From: Syncephalis fuscata S228 | Lineage: Eukaryota > Fungi > Zoopagomycota | Direction of reading: 5' to 3' | Assembly: GCA_025786725.1 (NCBI GenBank) | Contig: JAHLTZ010000067.1 | Coordinates: 1-63,460 of the forward strand | DNA length: 63,460 nucleotides | The notes under the pieces: model-generated | Databases searched by the model: none | Told to the model about the DNA's origin: nothing | What the model saw: the letters and a program-made list of their open reading frames with translations, nothing else | Translations under genes and position numbers: made by a program | In this document: one piece after another, positions 13,917 to 27,935 of the stretch | How the letters are laid out: every line of letters begins with the position of its first letter | How positions within the stretch are numbered: position 1 is the stretch's first letter

Positions 13917-14329
13917 AAAATAAACCTCAATTCATTATAAGGCCAAATATAGTTATAGAACATATTACCAGTAAAAAAAATATACTAAACATTTCCACTC
14001 TAACTACTGCCTTTAACCGGCATCTCTTTTCATGGACCAAACTATTGTTATAGCACGAGTCTCGCGATATGTATCGACCGCGTGGTACAATGGCGCCGCA
14101 CACCGCCTGCCTTTTACATATAAATAGCCATATTGTGCTCATCATTTGAAATAAAGATTCAGTTCAGTTCTATCATTCAATCCGCTACTCTATTATTGTG
14201 AATTGTGTTATACCGTCTCTGAGGACGTCACATGACCTTAACACCTCATCTATTTCTCATTCCGCATAACTTACTGCTTCATCCTAGACTTGGATTTGCT
14301 TTACCCGCCCGCGTGCTACACTTCTAGTC

Positions 14330-16961
14330 ATGTCGAATCTCAAAGAAATACTGAAGAATCGTAAGTAAGTTTATAACGACGCATCCCATAGCTAATCCAA
14401 TTACACTTGTATAGGTTATCTGGAAACGGTTCGCTCAGTGCAGCCACCAGCCCGATACAAGATTGTCGTTGTCGACGCGACATCTGTTAAATTACTTTCC
14501 GCAGCCTGTAAGATGTATGACATTCTTGAAGAGAATGTGACCTGTAAGTTTAGAATAATGGTCATTATTAGCAATCACTTATACTAGACAGTGGTAGAGA
14601 GTATTGAGAAGAAACGACAGCCATTTACCAATCTGGAGGCGCTCTATTTAATTACGCCATGTGTAGAAAGCGTATTCTTGATGATTCAAGATCTTACCAA
14701 CGGTGGACCGGGTGGTAGGCCTGGTTCAATGTACGCTGCGGCACATGTATTTTTTACTCATACATTGGATGATATGTTATTTAAAAAGATCACATCTTCC
14801 AAGGCCGGTCCAATGATTAGAAGTTTAAAAGAGCTCTACGTCGACTTTTATGTAATTGAATCTAAAGTATTCTCTCTTGGACTACACAATTCGTTTTATT
14901 CATTTTTCGGTCCTAAGCATGAGAATATGGACAAAGACTTGCCGTTAGTTGCAGATCGGGTAAATCAACTATATAGTTATATCACATCAATTTATTAACT
15001 TGTATATAGCTATTCTCTGTATGTTCAACACTAGGCGAAAATCCAATTATTCGCTATCATCGACCAGGTAGCGATTCAGGTAGTTTCAATCATACAAATC
15101 TACCTGCACAATTGGCCAATATTCTCCAAGACAAGCTGGATGAATTCTGTAAACTTAGTAACGGCGAGTTTCCGGTAAGTAATATTTAAACTAATAATGT
15201 TTATCTGCTTACAAGTAAAGTATTATTACAGCCTAAACGCGAAGGAAATCCACCACGCGCCACGCTCTATATTCTAGATCGTAGTATAGACTTGACTGCA
15301 CCTCTAGTACACGAGTTTACTTATCAGGCAATGATAAACGATCTACTTACAATTGAGGAAGGATCCAAATACATGCACGAGTTTGTATCAGGCACAGGCG
15401 ATGTCAGTTCGAAAGAAGTTATTCTTGATGAATCTGATAATATTTGGATGGAATATCGACATGCTCATATTGCAGAATGCAGCGGAAGACTTACAGCTGA
15501 TTTTAAAAAACTGACGACCGAAAACAAAGCCGCAATGTCAAGCGGTAAAGGAGAAGCTAGTTTGAACGATATGAAACGCATTTTATCGGATCTGCCACAA
15601 TTTCAAGAACTTAAAGAAAAGGTACAGTTATTAGACAATGATTACATTTTACTAAATACAATTTATCATCTAGTATTCCGTGCATATCAGCATGGCACAA
15701 GAATGTATGAGTCTTTTTAACAAACAAAAACTTCCAGCTATTGGTGAAGTTGAGCAAGATATGGCTTGCAAAGAAACATTGGAAGGAAAATATCCAAAGC
15801 ATTTGGTCGAGCGACTACTTCCACTTTTGGATGATAGTAGTATCACGTTAGTATAGCGGCGGCACATATAAAAGCTTGTGTTAATTAGCTGATAATTTAG
15901 AGAGGATGATAAGCTACGACTGGTTATGCTTTATATCATATACAAAGGTGGCTTAAAATGGGTAGACCGTTATCGATTGCAACAACATGCAAATTTATCA
16001 GAAAAGGACATTGTAGCCTTGGAGAATCTGGAACTACTACATGCTTGTGTTAATAAGGTATAATATTGATTTTAGGTAGTTAACTATTATTAACACGATT
16101 AATTAGGAGCCAAATAGTGGTATTAAAAGGTTAAAAATGCCTCGTTTAAATAAGGACAGAACTGAGGAAGTTCCTTATGAACTTTCACGCTTTGTACCTG
16201 AAATTCAAAAGCTTTTAGATGTAAGTACTGACATGCAAATATATGCCATCATTGACACACGTTACATTAGAAACAAATCAATGGTCAAGTGGACGACAAG
16301 CTTTTCCCTTACACGCGTGAAGTTAGGCCATCTGAATTGAATGAACAGTCGAAAAAGGCAGTGCAATCATTAAGAAGGTAAATAATTTGGTTAATGTAAT
16401 TATCACTGCTAAATTGTTATTATAAATTTAGTACAAAGCCAAGCTGGCAAAAATCAGTACAGGAACGAGTAAGTAATACATATTGCAACTTTAATTAACT
16501 ATTTAATAATCTAATAATAATAATAATAATAATAGTCGGAAGGTAAACCGGTTACCGGTGGAAAAATCATTGTCTTCGTTGCTGGCGGTATAACCCACTC
16601 GGAAATGCGTTCTGTGTATGAACTAGGTAGCAAATTTGGACGTGACATTATTATTGGTAAGTGTATATAAATTGGTTGGTGTTGATTTGTTTATATAATA
16701 CTGTATTTATTAGGTTCGACACATGTTGTCACACCGCAACAGCTGTTGAAGGATTTGCGTCGACTGCGTGAAGGTCCTCCTAAGGAATTGCCGCCGCCAC
16801 CGCCACCACAACCAGTACAGCCTCCTGCTGATATGGCAGGCCAGATGGGCGCAATGAGTATTCAAGACAATCCACACGTTCAAGGGCACATTAGTAAACA
16901 TAAGCCTACTAATAGCGGTAGCTCCAAGAATGTATTTGGGCTGTTTGGAAAGAAGAAGTAA
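14330..16961 (+). CDS. SEC1: Sec1/Munc18 family vesicle-fusion protein, multi-exon
   Basis: Motifs KIVVVD, VESIEKKRQP..LEALYLITP, LDRSIDLTAPLVHEFTYQAM, YELSRFVP and IIVFVAGGITHSEMRSVYE, separated by canonical short introns. Confidence 0.93.
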
Positions 16962-17268
16962 TAACTAAAGCACTTGTATTGGTTTAATAAACATTATTAT
17001 ATTTTAGTAATGGACTATATAGATATGCTTACTTATGCAACACTGGTTATGGTCAATTATTTACTGTACAGCTTACTAGCATCAACAGCACATTCATTCA
17101 TAACTAAACAGCGCAACTATCAAACTTATTGACATGAATGCTATTGTTAATAATACATATATTTATATAGCATTGTAATATATAGAAACTATCTACTACT
17201 TAGTTAGAACTCTATACAATATTGTTAATTATACGTATATTAAAATTGTCTTTAATTTATTTATAGCT

Positions 17269-17907
17269 CTACAGTATCTTTAATTCATAATCACAGTAAT
17301 AGCTAGCTCCTTGTGACCGACACACAGTGCCTGTCGGACAACTGGTCCATACAAATCGGCCAAAGTTGCACACGCCAATCATATTACCATTGCAGGCAAA
17401 TGTACCTTGCTTACAACCTGTTGGTACTTGTCCTCCCTTACTATTATTAATAATAGGACGACTAGTAACTAATGATTCCATTGTAGTTGATGGTATAGCG
17501 GTGTTATGAACAGGCGATAAAGTATTAATGCTATTAATATGACTAGGCTCTACTTCTGCTTGTACTGTATTATCCAGTTCATTATATTTTTTATCGGCAT
17601 GTACAGATTGATTGGGCGTTAATAGCGTTTCTGCAGATACTTGAGACGACTGTTGTGGCACATTTGCATTCTTAGCCAATCGTGCAAACTCATTCTTCAG
17701 CTGATTAGTATAATCCATATTACCACAGCTGCAAATCAAATCGTTTGGATTTGAGGAAAAGCATCGATTAAACTTGATATCCCAGTTTTGACTTTGAAGG
17801 CACATTTTTTGGCACGTTGTCTTCCATTCAGGATAAAGACAATCAGCCAGACTGATTGGTATAGGTGCAGACAATAAAATAATCACAGATTTTGCAAATA
17901 GAATCAT
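17269..17907 (-). CDS. Secreted protein with a C-terminal CBM19-like chitin-binding module
   Basis: Signal peptide, Cys-rich N-domain, Ser/Thr/Pro linker and C-terminal CKQGTFACNGNMIGVCNFGRFVWTSCPTGTVC...YCD, typical of CBM19. Confidence 0.75.
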   Translation of the reverse strand: MILFAKSVIILLSAPIPISLADCLYPEWKTTCQKMCLQSQNWDIKFNRCFSSNPNDLICSCGNMDYTNQLKNEFARLAKNANVPQQSSQVSAETLLTPNQSVHADKKYNELDNTVQAEVEPSHINSINTLSPVHNTAIPSTTMESLVTSRPIINNSKGGQVPTGCKQGTFACNGNMIGVCNFGRFVWTSCPTGTVCRSQGASYYCDYELKIL

Positions 17908-18459
17908 TATAGCTTAGTGTAATATTGCTATAAACGTATATGATCAAGCAAACCGATATATATATATTGCGATTTGCTATGTAATTAGTAAGGTTTATTT
18001 GTAAATAATAATATTGTTGTCAAAGTAACAATCCAACTACCAAAATAAATACAAATATACAAAACAATTTATTATTAGTATAAATAATGTTTACAATATT
18101 AACAATAGTCGATGGTACATACAGCACTTGTAGGTGTGTTCTTGTATTTATTATCGGTACTGTTATTAATAATTACACAAGTGTACTAGTGTTTTAAAAT
18201 AATAAGTAATTCATCGGTAAAGTCATTGGTAATAACGAAGTGTATAAATATATTATTATTATACGTTAATATTATTAAGTATTTTTAAATAATTATAGTA
18301 AATATACCTCAAACACTATTACTTTTTTATCAATACTGATTATTGCTGTAATATATTACATAAATTATAAAAATTAATTTATTTTTAAACAAATTATAAA
18401 TTATATTTTGGATTATATTACTAAAAATTTGTAAAATTTTAAGCAAGCAGCTTCAAGTT

Positions 18460-18531
18460 GGGGGTTTAGCTCAGGGGTAGAGCAATCGGCTGCAGTCCGA
18501 TAGGTCATTGGTTCAATTCCGATAGCCCCCT
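18460..18531 (+). tRNA. tRNA-Cys(GCA)
   Basis: Cloverleaf: acceptor GGGGGTT/AGCCCCC, anticodon arm ATCGG-CTGCAGT-CCGAT, T-loop TTCAATT, followed by a T-run. Confidence 0.95.
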
Positions 18532-18623
18532 TTTTGCTGCATTTACTTTTACAACAATAACAGGTGTGACTGCTATTTGCTTATTTTTACATATTACTAT
18601 TGTAAGTGTCGTCAAAGTCACTA

Positions 18624-18915
18624 CTGTCGGACTTTGAAATTTTGCCTAACTAAATTACACACCACTCCACCCAGCACCAAGTATTTACCATATGACTAGT
18701 TATATAAATTATCTATTTATATGATCAATCCGATGACCAGCCATATCAATTCACTCTTGAAATAACCCATGATAATATGACGTCGACAATGATATTGACG
18801 ATCAATATCGTCATAGGACCATGGGTTAGCTCAGGTGTGAATTCATATGGTAAATACTTATTGCTGAATGGAAGTGGTGTGTAAATTAGTCAGGCAAAAT
18901 TTCAAAGTTTGACAC
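18624..18915. mobile_element. MITE-like ~290-bp element with ~70-bp imperfect inverted ends, flanked by TA
   Basis: CTGTCGGACTTTGAAATTTTGCC... pairs with ...GGCAAAATTTCAAAGTTTGACAC. TA lies on both sides. Related arms occur at ~33755, ~43505 and ~46690-46765. Confidence 0.6.
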
Positions 18916-20460
18916 TAGTAACAGGTAATAATTCACCATCACTTAGTTTTTACCATATAAATTAACAACAATATGTATTCTCATCGTCATAATATACTAC
19001 TACTATTATATTAAGTAAATATTTAGTATATAAATTATTAATTAATTAAATAAATATAATATTACATCCGATTGTTTACTGTCTTACCTGTATTCACATA
19101 CTTTTATTGTTCAAGCTAATACAATACTTAAAAAGTAGCGATTTTGATGACAGAGATAAATTAGAAAAGAACGCAGTGATGTGACTTTATAATGTTTAGA
19201 TAATTGCGCTTTAAATACGTGAATTAATAAATGTTGATCATTATGCGAACAGCTACTATCAGGACTTTTACTAATATTTAAAGGTTAAAAATACTACAAA
19301 TACATAGACAATAAGATAGAAAAAAAGGTTGTTTTATTACAAGTTGTGTACCAATTGTATGATTTATATAGTCTTAGAGTAGCGTAATATATAGATACAC
19401 TGCTAAAGCTAGTGCTTGTTTTTATATAGTAAAGCTGAAAGAATAGTAATGAAAATAATAAAATATTTGCTAAATGGCAATAGGAAACAAACAAGTAAGC
19501 AAATATATTACTAATTGGCCATGTGACAACATAATCGCTATTTAGATTGGTAAATGGTTAATGGTTGTATTAAGACGACAACTGCTTTATCAATAGATAC
19601 ATTTAGTGATGTGCACTAGTAGACACATCATTGTAATGTATAATAATGTGTAAAAAATGTAAAACTGGCCACAAAAGTAGCAATAGCTTTACATAGAATA
19701 AGTCAAATTGTATAGTATTTTGCACAAGTATTCATATGATATATAGATAGCTATTGATAAAGTATACCGCAATTACATAGCGCGATAGTGTAATGGTAGT
19801 GATAATACGTTAATAAATGCGCAAAAATAGCAGTTTTTTACTGTTTATGGCTTGTATAATTAAAATACAGCAAAATAGTTGGCAGATTCAAGTTCCCCAT
19901 GCTAAGATGTACCGTTTGGTATAAGATTTAAAACAATGATTTTTGCAACAAATGTTAGTCAAAAATGCAGTCTACGTATAAATTAACAAAAAGTGACTAG
20001 ACTTTATAATTTCAAGCAATTTAATACTAATAATTAAATTTGGCTTAAAGTAAATTCAAAGCGTTCTACAACACTAAAACAAGCATAATAAGTTGTTATG
20101 CATAAATAACGACATATAGTAGTAAGTTATGCCATATATTTACATATAGCAGATTTTCATTAAGCTACTTATGTAAATCGTATTTTTGACTAACATTTGT
20201 TGCAAAAATCATTGTTTTAAATCTTATACCAAACGGTACATCTTAGCATGGGGAACTTGAATCTGCCAACTATTTTGCTGTATTTTAATTATACAAGCCA
20301 TAAATAGTAAAAAACTGCTATTTTTGCACATTTATTAACGTATTATCACTACCATTACACTATCACGCTATGTAATTGCGGTATACTTTGTCAATAGCTA
20401 CCTATATGTTATACACACACTTATGCGAAGTATCATACAATTTGCTTCATTATACGTAAG
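18772..20460. repeat. ~1.7-kb dispersed direct repeat, copy 1 (copy 2 at 46621-48310); contains a foldback (arms ~19741-19975 and ~20174-20407)
   Basis: Near-identical sequence at an offset of ~27850. The same spurious 66-aa ORF appears in both copies. Confidence 0.92.
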
Positions 20461-20854
20461 ATTATATTTAAGATTAAAATTTTATTAATTAAATAGTTAC
20501 TATTGGTTTATACATTCCATTGAATTTCGTTACTTAATTACACTAAAATTGTATTTTTATGCTTCCGTATAATTTCATAGCATTGACGCAATGATTTCAA
20601 TTTTGAATTCGTAAGCCGAGTTTTGTCAGCTTTCTAAAGTATCATGGTAAATTAAATCTGTTTATTATAATAAAAAGTATTATAGTTAAAATATTGCATC
20701 TTTACGATAGCTGTATTTCTATCATTACAACATTATAATTACATTACTATGACAGTGTGACTAAAATACATAATGTAATTGGGCAATCTGCTAAAGTGGC
20801 TTGTAGTTAGTTACAAAAGCAATATCTATCAAATATCAACACTAGTTACTAGAA

Positions 20855-23199
20855 AGGGAAATTTTGAAAAATACACCGTTTCTCAGTTTTAATTACAAAA
20901 ATACTTTTTTCTTGTTTTATAAAATAAATACACTGCTTTTCACTTTTATTTAGGAAAATACGTTGTTTTTAAACTTTACCATAATAAATTATTATTTTTT
21001 AAGCATATTGTAATAAATTTAATAAATAAAAATAAATCGTTCTTTGATTTTATTTATCAAGATACGCCGTTTTGAAAAGCCTATCGCAATGTCTACCAGC
21101 TTATTTAAAAAAGCTATATTTAACAGCATTGAAGAACTAAGTATTGCTGTTGACGAGTTTAAGCTTGTTAACGGTTGCAATTTAAGAGGAAAAATAGTGA
21201 TTCAACAAGATTACGGCTTATTTGCCCTCATGAAGACCATTTTAGCAACAAATATCAGTTTGTTTTGACTGCCAGAAAGCAGAAAACTGGCTTAGTAAAG
21301 ATTGTTCAATGCAATCTTGAGCATCTTAATGACTGTCCATATAACACGGGTAATGGTACTATTAAGTCTATTGCTAAATATATTACGAATGATGTTGCTA
21401 CATTTTCAATTGTAAAACCAAAAGATGTACAAAGAAAACTATTAAAGTAGGTACATATTTGATTATTTAATATACACTAACAACTGTAATAGTTCAACAG
21501 GAGTCGATATTTCTTATTACAAAGCTTGGTCCGCCCTTAATTCAATGAAAAATAATGATATTAACAGCAATATCAATTCTTTTTCATTTATTAAAGATTA
21601 CCTTATCAAATTTAAACATTTTAATCCGGGTTCTGTTCAGCACTTCTCGCAGAACCAGTCTGGTAACTTTGAAAGGGCATTTTTATGTCCTTCATCAGCT
21701 ATTAAAGCTTACCACTATACTCGTAAAGTACTGGTAATTGATGGCTGCCATTTGAGATCTTCTTATGGCGGTGTTGCTCTTACTGCGGTTGTTGAAGATG
21801 GAAATAACAATATTTTCCCTTTGGCTGTTGCTATAGTATCTCATGAAAATGAAAACAACTGGGTCTATTTTCTTAAACATCTATCAGATTCAATACCTGA
21901 ATTAAGAGAAAAAAATCAAGTCATCATTAGCGACAGAGATAAAGGAATAGAGTCTTCGATAAAAACTGTATTTCCCTTGGCACACCACTCTGCATGTGTT
22001 GCTCATATCGAAAGAAACATCAATGCTGAATTTAAAACAAAGCTTAATGGTTTAATATGAAAAGCTGCAAAAGCTTTAACTAGTAAAGAATTTGATGGTA
22101 TTTATATTTATTTAAATTACATTCAAAGTACTAATTTATTTTCTAGATTCAATGAAAGTGATACGGTCATTAAATGAGCCAGCTTATAACAAGCCAATAG
22201 ACTCAGAAAAAAACTGGGCTAGATCATTTTTTAAATGGTCAAGATTTGGTTGCGTTACTTCAAATTCATCAGAGTCATTGAACTCATGGATGAACGACCT
22301 TCGGAACAAATCCCATTATCAATTTTTTACTGGATTTGTCGCCAAAGTTGGAACTTTGTTGAATAAGCGTAGAATTAAGTATTCACAAACTCAAGGATTG
22401 TTAACTAATAATAGCTATTTGTTGTATAAATCAACATTAACTGACGCTAATAATTATATAATTGACGATTATTCTGATTCCAAATTTCAAGTTAAAGATA
22501 TCAAGTCTGGTATTGTCAGAACAGTAGATTTAACTGCAAAAACCTGCACATGTGGATACTGGGAAGAGATGAAGTTTGTTTGTAGTCATGTGGCAATAAT
22601 TTCAAAGAATCTTAGGCTTTTATTAGATGATTTTATTGATAAATCTTACACCATTGATTATTTAAGCAAACTATCTGCTCCAAATATTTGTCGGGTTGAA
22701 ATGGAATTAATTACTGCAGACATTTCGTGTTTGCCACCGACAATAACGAAGAAAGCCAGTAGACCAAGAGTTAAAAGAATTAGATGTTATAGTAAAGCTT
22801 TGAAAGTCACCCAACAATATACTGTCGCAATTGTAGCTTAAAAGGACACAATACAAGAATATGCACTGTAAACACTAGCATTAGTAACGTTAAAACAAAC
22901 ACTTTTATTGAAGAACAAATACAAACTACTAGTGAAACGGCTATTAAGAAAAGAAAACGTGTTATTAAAGAATGCTTAATTTGTGGTGAACGCCATTACA
23001 AGAAAACGAAGTGTGGGGTAAATAAAAAATGATTTTATTTATTATGATAAAGTTTTAAAAACAATGTATTTTTCTAAATAAATTTGAAAAGCGGTGTATT
23101 TATTTTATAAAACAAGAAAAAAAGGAATTTTTTTTAGAATTTAAAAAAAGTATTTTTGTAATTAAAACTGAGAAACGGTGTATTTTCCAAAATTTCCCT
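20855..23199. mobile_element. Mutator-like (MULE) DNA transposon with long TIRs
   Basis: Left AGGGAAATTTTGAAAAATACACCGTTTCTCAGTTTTAATTACAAAAATAC is inverted at the right end (...GAGAAACGGTGTATTTTCCAAAATTTCCCT). Imperfect 9-bp TSD TTACTAGAA/TTAATAAAA. Transposase inside. Confidence 0.9.
21089..23032 (+). pseudogene. Disrupted MULE transposase (DDE + SWIM zinc finger + CCHC knuckle)
   Basis: IDGCHL, ISDRDKGI, CVAHIERN, NSSESLNS and SWIM CTCGYWEEMKFVCSH are present, with CRNCSLKGHNTRIC in a shifted frame. There is an in-frame TGA at 22058-22060 and frameshifts near 21190 and 22800. Confidence 0.85.
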
Positions 23200-23841
23200 T
23201 TAATAAAAGCTTGAATCAATGTTGAATATAATTATTTATTGTAAAAGTATATAGATGTTAAATGAATATCAAGAAACATACAGCTCAGTTTCTATATACA
23301 TTTCCAGGATAGTTGTAGAATGTTGATGCTGGGTGTTTCAAGTTAATACAAGGAAACAGAGACCAATTTATTTTAATTGTTCAATATTCACGCACAAAAT
23401 TGTGCAATTTGTAGTTTATAGTGCCCATATGTGTTGACAGACGCATGACATGTATATTCCGTTTACTAATGGTGAAGATCAAAGGCTGTGTTCGAACTTG
23501 TTATTGCCAAATACTAGAATACAAAATAGCTAGCTTTACGTTTAAAAGCCATATTCCAGATATTATCTTGTATAGAAAACAGCTATATAATTGCCAGGCT
23601 TTTCTTAATAGATGTAAGTAAACAAAATTGCGAAACAATAGCTGCTGTCTTTTAAATCCAATAGCAATTTATTTGAGCTGATTGCTTTTAATATAATATA
23701 ATACTAGTGTAAATAAAACACCAATGAATGTCTTTACGAGTAAATATTTGTATTTATTGTATTAGCCACTGTGTACCAAATAGAATGTGAAAAATATAGT
23801 ATTTATTCTAGTATCTAATACATGTATTCAATAACATAAAA

Positions 23842-24832
23842 CTAGTCTTCATTGCTACTAAGCTCGGCGAAAAAGTCATCCATATCTGCATTTATAGCAA
23901 ATTAAAATTAGCGAATTAATTGAGCAATAATCAATAGCTTACCCGTTTTAACAGCCTTCTTTGCATTCTTCTTTCGGTTAGATTGCGTTGCTATTACGCC
24001 TTCGAATTCGTTACGTTCCATTGCTACACAGATCTGTTCGCGAATCTTATTGCGTTGTTGCAATGTATGTTCGCTAGCATCGTTATTATTATCCTTATCG
24101 TCGGATGTTGTTGGAAATAATGCAATATATTTTTGTCCGGCGGGAAAGTGCTGCAAAATATTAGATGATGGCGTAGTGTGTTGCATATACACTGTTACTT
24201 ACTATGACATAGTTTAGATCAATCTCAAGGTCCTTAATCTCACCATCCAGTCTTCTTTGCTCTTTAATTGTATCGATACAAATATCAGTAGCTATATATT
24301 ATGTTATTAGTAATAATAATTACCTTGCTCATCAATATTATCAGCCATCTTTAGTTTTTCTAGTCGTTTTTTTGTTTTTTCCAATTTTCGTCGCACTTTC
24401 TGCTCCTCTATAGACACAAATAGTTATTATTATTTTCCATACTTTGATATCTAGACCATAGATTTACCAATAAATCGGACCATTTTATATTTACTTGCGC
24501 GTCGTTTCTCAGTAGCTGCACGGCTGCCTTCTTCCAATTGTAGCTGCAATGCTTTCAATCGTCGTTCCGAAGCCACTTTTATATCAGCCGTAATAGTTGG
24601 CTATCGTTCATTCAAATAAGCAAAGACTCATAACAACCGAACAACTTACTCGTCGTAAAAGACGCTCTGTATCGCGAATTCGTTTGCGAATGGTGGCATT
24701 GCTCTCTCGTGTATCATTCTTGTTATTATGTCGTTTCTTATACGGCATAGGACGGCTTGAATGGTTATTGCCCGATGCTCCAGAAGAGCCTTGAGTACGG
24801 TTTGCTTCAGCCATTCTTGAATTATTTTCCAT
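23842..24832 (-). CDS. EFG1: rRNA-processing protein Efg1, multi-exon
   Basis: IRKRIRDTERLLRR, KYKMVRFIEEQKVRRKL, DLNYV..HFPAGQKYIALFP and the C-terminal DDFF are Efg1 hallmarks. Confidence 0.85.
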
Positions 24833-25019
24833 GCTGTATATTGCTAAAAAAGAAAAATAAAAGTGGCAATGAAGTGTTTGTATTGTTTGCTTATAAACTG
24901 TTATTAATTAAACTGTGTAGTTCCATTTCTTGTTTCAGGTCGTCAGTCAACAGACACTCAGTGCTAATCTTTTACACCACGCGATATACTACGTGAAGAC
25001 ACGATAGTTCAGGATTATT

Positions 25020-26702
25020 ATGGCAAATTTACATCAACCAGCTGAAATGGCGATAGCTGATGAACTACGGAATGTAACCAACAGCGAGCACAATGATGAA
25101 GCAGATGATTTATTTGGCAGTGGGTCTGACGACGCGGATGGTGACAGTCGCCCAACTGAAGCAGCTACTTCCAATGCAGCAATTAGACGACGTGGTCGTT
25201 TGGCAGTAGAATCAGACGATGAGAATGACGATAAAGATGGAGACAAATTGGCACTACCAAATAGCCATGAAGTAGTGGATGATAATTCGTAAGCAAAGGA
25301 TGTTAATATTAAATGTTATATTTATGTAATTAATCACTAGAGATGATGAAACGGGTCTGTTTGGAAGTAATTCCGAGGCTGAATCTACAGGATCAGTTAC
25401 CAATGATGTAGGTGGTAAAGCATCTAGGTAAGTGTTATTTGTACACTCTACACCGATGGCAGACTAATCAAATACTACATCTATATCTATAGAGCAATTC
25501 ATAGTGATGAAGAAATGGATGAACCTATTGCACGAACACCACCACCAGCTCTTCGTATTCATCTTACGCAACCATCAGCTCCTGTTAGTGGAGAAGATTC
25601 GGTAACTATTGGATTAGTGGTTAGTATTAACTATTACTTATGATTTGCAGTCGGATTATTATTTGGCCCGTCTACCAAAACACTATCATTTAGAAACAAA
25701 GCCATTTGACCCAAGTTTATATGAAGCGGAAGTATTAGAAGTGTTAGATAAGGAAGGAAAGACGCAAAATACTGATGAACAGAGTAATACAGAAGGTAAA
25801 GGACGCAACGCTAATAGCGGCGACGAGGAAGCAACACAACAAGCAACTCAGTTGCGTTTACGAGTACAAGGTGCACTACGCTGGCGACATGCGCCTCAGT
25901 CGGCTACTGAAACCAATACAGAAGTAATGAATACATAGTTTTATTTATCATCTAGTTTACATTTATGTTAGGTGGAATCGAACGCACGTATTATACGCTG
26001 GTCCGACGATAGTCTATCACTTTATGTCAATGGAGAACTATTTGATATTGATCGACAGCCTATGCATGATGAACACCATTACGCACTTACCCATCATCCT
26101 GAAGAGGGTGTTTTAAAGGTAGATCGTCGTCTTACATCTCATCTGGTATTCCGTACAACTTCAGCCACTGGATTAGCGGCTCAATTGGAGGCAGCCTCGA
26201 CGGAACAGAAGAAACAGACTAAAGCAGTTCTGGTGTTTGAAGATCCGGAAAAGCTGCAGCGACAACAAGCAGAGGTAATAGACAAAGCTAGTTGGCATAG
26301 TAATGTTTATAATGAATTATATAGGTTGAGAAGCAACGTTTACGCCATGAACGTAAAATTGCCTCCTATACACAATCTCGTGTAGCACGTCAATCTGCAC
26401 GGCAGTATGCTGATTCTGGTTTGACAGTTGATGATTTAGAGGCTGAAGAATTAGATGACCGAATGGAAACGGACGATTATAGTTATCGAGCACGTGGAGG
26501 ACGGAACAGACGACAAGGCAACGAATTAAGTGATTTTATTGTAGATGATGAAGATGAAGAAGTAGATGAAGAGGCGGACGAGGAAATGGTCAGTCATAAA
26601 AGTCGTCGACAACAACGCTATCGACAATATTCTGACGACGATGACGATGACGATGAAGATACTAATAATAACAATAATGATGATGATGATGATAAGTCAT
26701 AA
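25020..26702 (+). CDS. LEO1: Paf1 complex subunit Leo1, multi-exon
   Basis: Acidic N-terminus, LETKPFDPSLY, LRWR, ESNARIIRWSDDSLSLYVNGELFDI (Leo1 core), and an acidic tail with DFIVDDE. Confidence 0.9.
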
Positions 26703-27935
26703 AAGTTCAACTATCAATATGGTATAAAGTATGGTTCATTATTATTGCATCTATACTGTAATGGTACTACTGTTATTTCAACACTGTTTTATAGCAATAA
26801 ACATAGTATAAGCATGGTTTATTTAGCCGATAGTAGTCAGAAGTGAAGATAGAACAACGGATAATAATAATAAATTATAGTGTAATATATGTGATCCTGT
26901 ATTATTATATAAAAGCTACTTCACTTCAAGCCCCTGCCCTTAAAGTGGGGACAAAAAGATTCATAGTTTGAATAATAAATTATCGATTAGTTTTTACTAC
27001 TGATAAGTGGTTTGTTGAAGCAGCGCCACATCAGCTTCGATTAAATCAATCAGTGTCAATTAATCTGCACTATTTTCAATATCCGATATTAGTGTTAATA
27101 AATGTTATAGTATTCCATGTTACTTACAATAAAATGCTGCATTTGGTTATGATGTTGATGCAACAGTGCCAGTTTAATTTTTTATAGTAATAGGCGGTAA
27201 GAAATTGGAAGGTCTTGGTTTACCACTGGCCATTATACTGAATATACTGTGCATGTTTCTGCTGGCATTGATATCGCGTTGCTTATTTATTCATTTAAAC
27301 TGTTGATTTATTGCTCCATCTTCTAGAATATAATTATATTTTATTATCTTAATAATGACACTTTCTATGACTACACTTGTCTTTAAAAAATATCAACTTT
27401 GATTGTATTTCCTATTACACTCAGTTACATTGCCAAGAAATAGCTAAATAGGAAATAATTTAATATTTCTATTAACTGATTTATTGAATACGGTTATAAA
27501 CTGATCCAAAACCTTTTATAAATATAGACATATTGCCAAGCACTATGTCCCCTCATGGCAAGCAAAGGTGAAGGTTTTAGCTGTCATATAATTATTAGTA
27601 TTTATTTTGATAGCACCACATGAATGAGCTGCTGTGTAACCATACACCCTGTTACTGTTTCCTCTTTAAATATCTAACATATAGTGCTTGGCTTTTGCCG
27701 AATATCTATTACTTCTTATTCTTTTCGTCCTTCTATCGAACTATCGGCTGTATATTGTCGCATCTATTTCATATCACTCTTTTCGATCCAAGTTAAGCTG
27801 GTCTTAGCCTACCTGTCGTATATAACCTTCTCCGCCACTACTGCTCCACAACTCCACAACTTACCATTTTGTTGTTATTATTGTGTGCCTGTATTTATCA
27901 GAATATTGCTTTAGTTAATTTCAAACTAGCACAGC

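Noticed and set aside
19294-19494. Identical 66-aa ORFs at 19294 and 47144
   Set aside because: They lie in a duplicated AT-rich repeat; identity reflects DNA duplication and there are no protein motifs.
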